Below, piece after piece: positions 6,308-10,828 of a DNA stretch of 10,828 nucleotides (its first letter is position 1; each line of letters begins with the position of its first letter). The stretch spans positions 1-10,828 of the forward strand of contig JAEOSZ010000044.1 of the NCBI GenBank assembly GCA_016840095.1, read 5' to 3'. This DNA is from Candidatus Heimdallarchaeota archaeon (GTDB taxonomy: Archaea > Asgardarchaeota > Heimdallarchaeia > Heimdallarchaeales > Heimdallarchaeaceae). The notes beneath the pieces are model-generated. The model worked only from the letters and a program-made list of their open reading frames with translations. It had not been told where the DNA came from and searched no databases. The translations under genes and the position numbers were made by a program.

Positions 6308-6919
6308 ATGAGTCTTCAGTGTGTTGTATGTGAGGAGAGAATCAAAATCCAAAAAACTAGAACATTCTTTTCACCTCGATTTAATTTTACTAAATATTGT
6401 TCAATGAGATGTTTTCTAGCAGCTTATAGATATCTTTTCTTAGGATTGGGTTTCTTCTTTGTAGCTGCATATGTTGGGATAGGTGTTCCACTTATAGTAA
6501 ATGATGGAGATTTATGGTGGTTATTTGTGATAATGTTTCCGCTTCCCTTCATTGGTCTTATTGGTCTTATTGGTGGAATAATTACCTCTAGAATCAATTA
6601 TACCATCAAGAGGAAATTAAAAAATAAGAGATACTTCTGTTTCCATTGTGGAAGCGATATAACATATTCTTGTAAACAAGGATCACTACTCTGTGATAAC
6701 TGTGGAAACAAAGTCTTATATTGTAACCTATGTTCAAAGATAATTAATCCAAATGAAAAAATTGCAGTTGTGAAACCATGCCAACATGCTTTTCACAAAG
6801 CAGAATTACTTGATTTCGCAGAAGAAGGTTACACATGTCCTAGATGTGGAGGAGAAATTCAGGAACTTTCTTTCAAATTGGATAAAAATGATGAACAGTT
6901 CTGGGTTAAAGCAAAATAG
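6308..6919 (+). CDS. Membrane-anchored multi-zinc-finger protein with C-terminal RING-H2-like domain (candidate E3 ubiquitin ligase)
   Basis: N-terminal CVVC...YCSMRC (TRASH/FCS-like), two TM helices, CFHC...CDNC ribbon, then C-x2-C-x15-C-x-H-x2-H-x2-E-x10-C-x2-C. Confidence 0.8.
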   Translation: MSLQCVVCEERIKIQKTRTFFSPRFNFTKYCSMRCFLAAYRYLFLGLGFFFVAAYVGIGVPLIVNDGDLWWLFVIMFPLPFIGLIGLIGGIITSRINYTIKRKLKNKRYFCFHCGSDITYSCKQGSLLCDNCGNKVLYCNLCSKIINPNEKIAVVKPCQHAFHKAELLDFAEEGYTCPRCGGEIQELSFKLDKNDEQFWVKAK

Positions 6920-6971
6920 ATTTAAACTAATGCTTTAAGATTCAAAAACACAACGGGAACAGGTTATTTAT

Positions 6972-7580
6972 TTGGACGACTTAATAAAAGTGAAGAAAAA
7001 GGATTTAGCATTAGCTGCTAGAACATTAGCTTCAGCTTTTATGAACGACCCCTTATGTGTAATAATTCTCAAGGACGAGTCAACTAGATTTGAGTATCTT
7101 AGAGAATATTTCAGGTTTAGAATTCACTATGGCGTGAAATATGGGGAAGTTTATGCTATCTCAGATAAATTCGAAGGAGTAGCAGTTTGGCTTCCTTGTG
7201 AGAAAGCTCATGTAAGTTTTTGGAGAGGTTTACTCTCTGGTGGAATGAGATTATATTATAAAATGGGCATATCCAATGTGAATAAGTTTGATGAAGTCAA
7301 TCATTATACAACAAATCTGAGAGACTCAGTTATTGAACCACCATATCTTCAATTATCACCAATTGGGGTAATTCCTGAAGAACAGGGTAAAGGTTTAGGA
7401 ACAAGACTGATGAAACCAATGATGAAAAAACTAGATGACTCTAACCTAAGTTGCTTCTTAGAAACCCAGGAAGAAAGAAATGTAGCTTACTATCAGAGAT
7501 TTGGTTTTGAGATTGCTAAGGAAACTACTATCCCTGAATTAAACCTTCAAAACTGGGTGATGATACGAGAACCAAAATAA
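6972..7580 (+). CDS. GNAT family N-acetyltransferase
   Basis: Acetyl-CoA-binding motif A GVIPEEQGKGLGTRLM; LET...NVAYYQRFGF motif B; LASAFMNDP N-terminal motif; TTG start. Confidence 0.9.
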   Translation: MDDLIKVKKKDLALAARTLASAFMNDPLCVIILKDESTRFEYLREYFRFRIHYGVKYGEVYAISDKFEGVAVWLPCEKAHVSFWRGLLSGGMRLYYKMGISNVNKFDEVNHYTTNLRDSVIEPPYLQLSPIGVIPEEQGKGLGTRLMKPMMKKLDDSNLSCFLETQEERNVAYYQRFGFEIAKETTIPELNLQNWVMIREPK

Positions 7581-7585
7581 TAGAG

Positions 7586-8566
7586 TTAGAGGAACTCTCT
7601 TGAAAGTTCTTCTAAATCATTTAATTCTGTTTTTGATAATACAAAATTCATTACTTGACCATTTTGCTCTACTTGTTTGGGTTTAGTTGCACCAGGGATT
7701 ACAACTACGGTATCCCCATGATAGTTAATTAACCAATTAAGAGCTACTTGAGCGATAGTAACCTTATGTTTTTTTGAGATGAGATCCATTTCTTCCATTA
7801 ATTCTCTACTCTTTTTGAGATAGCGTTTGATCATTATCTTTTTACCCATTTTCTTATTCTCGAAAGCATCTTCATTGAAATGATAAAATCCTGTTAAAAC
7901 TCCCATCTGCAGTGGAGACCAGGCAATAATTGTAATTCCAAGCTCTTTAGCAGCATCTAAAAGACCATTGCTCTCTATATTTCTATGAATTAGACTGTAA
8001 TTTACTTGATTTGAAGCAAGAGATAAACCTCTTTCCTTTAGGATATCATTTGTTAAGATAGTATTCTTTGTGGAAAAATTACTAACCCCAATAGATTGAA
8101 TTTTACCTTCATCATATAAATCGGCCATAGCATCCACTTGCTTTCTTATTGATGATACAGACATCTGGTTGTGTATTTGATGAAGATCAATAGTATAGGG
8201 TTCGAGGTACTTGATTCTATCTGAAATAGTCTTCTTAACTGATGTGTGTCTTCTTAGGAATGGACTCCATTTAGTTGCAATAATTACATCTTCATCTTTT
8301 ATTTTGGCAGCCTTTAATCCTTTTGCGAGTTTTGTCTCTGAAATTCCTCCTCCATAAGCTTCTGCTGTATCAAACCAATTGATCCCATTATCTATAGCAG
8401 TTTTAACAATTTCATTTGAAATTTTATCATCCATGGTATAATACAAAAACCTGAGAAAAGTGTGTCCTCCTGCAAATTGCATTACACCTTGACCAACGGG
8501 AGTAATATCAATTTCAGTTTTACCTAGCTTTCTCTTTACAACAGTTTCATCTAATTTTTTACTCAT
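7586..8566 (-). CDS. Aldo/keto reductase
   Basis: GINWFDTAEAYG, IATK, IDLHQIH (catalytic D/Y/K/H), IGVSNF, NQVNYSL, IAWSPL, IPGA. Confidence 0.93.
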   Translation of the reverse strand: MSKKLDETVVKRKLGKTEIDITPVGQGVMQFAGGHTFLRFLYYTMDDKISNEIVKTAIDNGINWFDTAEAYGGGISETKLAKGLKAAKIKDEDVIIATKWSPFLRRHTSVKKTISDRIKYLEPYTIDLHQIHNQMSVSSIRKQVDAMADLYDEGKIQSIGVSNFSTKNTILTNDILKERGLSLASNQVNYSLIHRNIESNGLLDAAKELGITIIAWSPLQMGVLTGFYHFNEDAFENKKMGKKIMIKRYLKKSRELMEEMDLISKKHKVTIAQVALNWLINYHGDTVVVIPGATKPKQVEQNGQVMNFVLSKTELNDLEELSREFL

Positions 8567-8675
8567 ATATCTAAAAAAAAAGATGTTTAAATAAATTTAA
8601 TGGAATAACAAATGAAAAAATTCCTACAAACAATTTATTTAGTACAAGAGAATTATTGTTATTTTAGTGATAAGA

Positions 8676-10304
8676 ATGAAGAAAAGAATCATTACTTCAA
8701 GCATTTTAATCTTGTTATTAGTTGCTTCAACTTCAGGTTTTCTAACTAAATCTGACTCGAATAGCTCAATTAGAGAGTCTAGTATCTCAGCCTATTTAGT
8801 TTCAACTCCGATACTAATTCAGAATGATGCAGATTTCTACAACTACCCTGAAATTACTGGAGATGGATCTCAGCTAACACCTTTTGTAATTCAGAATCTT
8901 AATATTACTAATCCAGGCGGTTATGGAATAAATATAAGCGATGTAACAGCTTATTGGGAGATAAAGGATTGTTATATTAAAGCAGATGACCCAATTATCT
9001 TGGACTTCATTTTCAACAAATCCTCAATAATCAATAACACAATAGAAACGGACTATTTTGGTGGAAATGGAATAACTGTAGATAATACTGGAGCTGGATT
9101 GATAATTCAAAAAAATTACTTTCAGGAATGTATCTATGGAATTTATGTAGAGGATTCATCTAATTTCCTTATAGATGGCAATCACTTCTACGAAAATTAC
9201 TACTCAATTTTCGGAGGACATCTCACTTCTTCAATTATAGAAAATAATATATTTGAAAAACATCAAGAGATGGAATTTGCTAGCTGTTCCGAACTAGATT
9301 TCTTTGGAAATACTTTCAAAGATAGTAGTTATGGATTAAAATTGGGTTCCGTTGATTTTGTTAATATCACTGATAACATTTTCATAGATAATTATGGTTA
9401 TGGTGTTGATTATCAATCAGGTTCAGACGCATTTATTTATAGTAACTATTTCATCAGAAATGGTGTATTTTATATTTCTCAAGCTTTCTGTGAGTCTTTT
9501 ACTGTAGATATTGAATGGTATTATGGAAGTATAGGTAATTTTTGGTCTGACTTAGGGGATGGTATTGTTTATGCTATTGATGGAAATGATGAACTTCTTG
9601 ACCTCTACCCTTTCTATAATTCAGATAGCGATTCATTAAATGATTATGAAGAAGTTAAGATTCATCTCACAGACAGATTTGATGAAGACACTGATAGCGA
9701 TAAAATGCCAGATGATTATGAAGTAGAAAACTTACTCGATCCATTAGTTGATGATAGTTTAGATGATCCAGATGCAGATTTACTTATAAACATTCTAGAG
9801 TATTATGAAAAAACCGACCCACAACAGTGGGACAGTGACTCAGACCTTCTACCGGACGGATACGAAGCTTTTAACGGATTAAATCCACTTATTCCTGATT
9901 CAGGAAAAGATCTAGATGGAGATGGGTTAACCAATTGGCAGGAATATTCGCTAGGAACTATGCCTAACAAAGTAGACAGCGACTCAGATGGGATGGATGA
10001 CTTCTGGGAAAATGATAACGGATTAGATCCTCTTACTAATGATGCATATGCAGATCCAGATGAAGATTATCTAAATAATTTCTTAGAATATATCTATGAC
10101 TGTAATCCTTTCTCAAATGATACAGACGGTGATTCTCACATTGACAGCTGGGAAGTAGCTCATGGAACTAACCCAAATGATGCTCTAGATTTTCCAGATG
10201 AAATCATGTCTACACCAACTGAAGAAAGTCCTATTAGCTTAACTTATGTTATAATTTCTCTTCTAGCATTTGCAGGTTTATTCGTCTTCAAAAGAAGACG
10301 ATAA
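8676..10304 (+). CDS. Secreted beta-helix (NosD-like) surface protein with Ca-binding TSP3-like repeats and C-terminal membrane anchor
   Basis: The ATG at 8676 (MKKRII...) is preferred over the GTG at 8667. Signal peptide, beta-helix repeats, GNFWSD...DLYPF cap, DxDxDxxxDxxE repeats, then TPTEESPIS, a TM helix and KRRR. Confidence 0.85.
   Translation: MKKRIITSSILILLLVASTSGFLTKSDSNSSIRESSISAYLVSTPILIQNDADFYNYPEITGDGSQLTPFVIQNLNITNPGGYGINISDVTAYWEIKDCYIKADDPIILDFIFNKSSIINNTIETDYFGGNGITVDNTGAGLIIQKNYFQECIYGIYVEDSSNFLIDGNHFYENYYSIFGGHLTSSIIENNIFEKHQEMEFASCSELDFFGNTFKDSSYGLKLGSVDFVNITDNIFIDNYGYGVDYQSGSDAFIYSNYFIRNGVFYISQAFCESFTVDIEWYYGSIGNFWSDLGDGIVYAIDGNDELLDLYPFYNSDSDSLNDYEEVKIHLTDRFDEDTDSDKMPDDYEVENLLDPLVDDSLDDPDADLLINILEYYEKTDPQQWDSDSDLLPDGYEAFNGLNPLIPDSGKDLDGDGLTNWQEYSLGTMPNKVDSDSDGMDDFWENDNGLDPLTNDAYADPDEDYLNNFLEYIYDCNPFSNDTDGDSHIDSWEVAHGTNPNDALDFPDEIMSTPTEESPISLTYVIISLLAFAGLFVFKRRR
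9618..10196 (+). repeat. Eight intragenic Asp-rich Ca-binding (bacterial TSP3-like) repeat units
   Basis: Units such as DTDSDKMPDDYE, DSDSDLLPDGYE, DLDGDGLTNWQE and DSDSDGMDDFWE, most followed by [DN]P. Confidence 0.8.
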
Positions 10305-10307
10305 CCA

Positions 10308-10364
10308 TTCTATTTTTTTGAAGTAAAGAACTAGAAATTTTGTAAAAATAGAAAAAAAGAAGAG
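10308..10364. terminator. Bidirectional oligo-T terminator region between convergent genes
   Basis: TTCTATTTTTTT on the + strand (10308-10319) and CTCTTCTTTTTTTCTATTTTT on the - strand (10364-10344). Confidence 0.55.
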
Positions 10365-10365
10365 T

Positions 10366-10828
10366 TTATCTTCTTTTGAAAAAAGAAATAATCGAAATAA
10401 ATGATAACATTGTTATTCCCAGTAATACCATGGGTACAGCAGAGTATTCAGAGATAACAATCGGTCCAGATGGATAGAGATCGAAAATATCATTGAATTG
10501 GCAGTGAATTAGATATGTACCAATTCCACTATACTCAGTCCAGTAGTTTCCATCACTCAAGGTTTCAGAGTACCAATAATTTGTAGCTCCATAGAAATCT
10601 GAACATTGAGGTAGGGTTCCATTACCATTTTGTATGAAATCATTATGATAGATTAGTACATCACTACAAGTTTCTAAAGAAATACCAAAGTTAGTATTAT
10701 TTATGAAATAATTGTCCCTTATTTCAGCTTGAATTATATCATAGAAGAAGATACCCACATCATCATTTTCGTTTATATCACAATAGTTAATGTATAGATT
10801 AATACTGCTAAAAGCACTTATTCCTTGA
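10366..10828 (-). CDS. C-terminal part of a third NosD-like beta-helix surface protein (partial; starts beyond the right edge)
   Basis: The frame stays open upstream of the GTG at 10758 to the window edge (QGISAFSSINLYINYCDINENDDVGIFFY...). GNYWTE...DLYPS cap; VISEY followed by a TM helix and KRR. Confidence 0.85.
   Translation of the reverse strand, partial: QGISAFSSINLYINYCDINENDDVGIFFYDIIQAEIRDNYFINNTNFGISLETCSDVLIYHNDFIQNGNGTLPQCSDFYGATNYWYSETLSDGNYWTEYSGIGTYLIHCQFNDIFDLYPSGPIVISEYSAVPMVLLGITMLSFISIISFFKRR

Noticed and set aside
6551-6574. 9-bp tandem repeat ATTGGTCTT (about 2.7 copies)
   Set aside because: In-frame IGLIGLIG within a TM helix; too short to imply phase variation.

Overview
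AT-rich (roughly 30-33% GC by eye), gene-dense prokaryotic window. It looks archaeal and is most consistent with an Asgard (Heimdallarchaeia-like) genome. This is an inference from BRE/TATA-type promoters, oligo-T terminators, PEF/CTERM-type sorting tails and a RING-H2 protein. The left half holds six minus-strand zinc-ribbon genes (one is truncated at the left edge and missing from the ORF track). Four of them share an ungapped 41-aa N-terminal 'header' fused to unrelated, mostly membrane-bound and often Cys/Trp-ending C-termini. The three transcription units carrying the header also share a promoter motif (GTGA-N7-TTA at -42/-43). The cluster is interrupted by a bacterial-type, probably PPi-dependent phosphofructokinase. 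The right half holds three paralogous secreted beta-helix (NosD-like) surface proteins with different C-terminal sorting tails (one with Ca-binding TSP3-like repeats), a membrane-anchored multi-zinc-finger RING-H2-like protein, a GNAT acetyltransferase and an aldo/keto reductase. No RNA genes, CRISPR arrays or transposases were seen.
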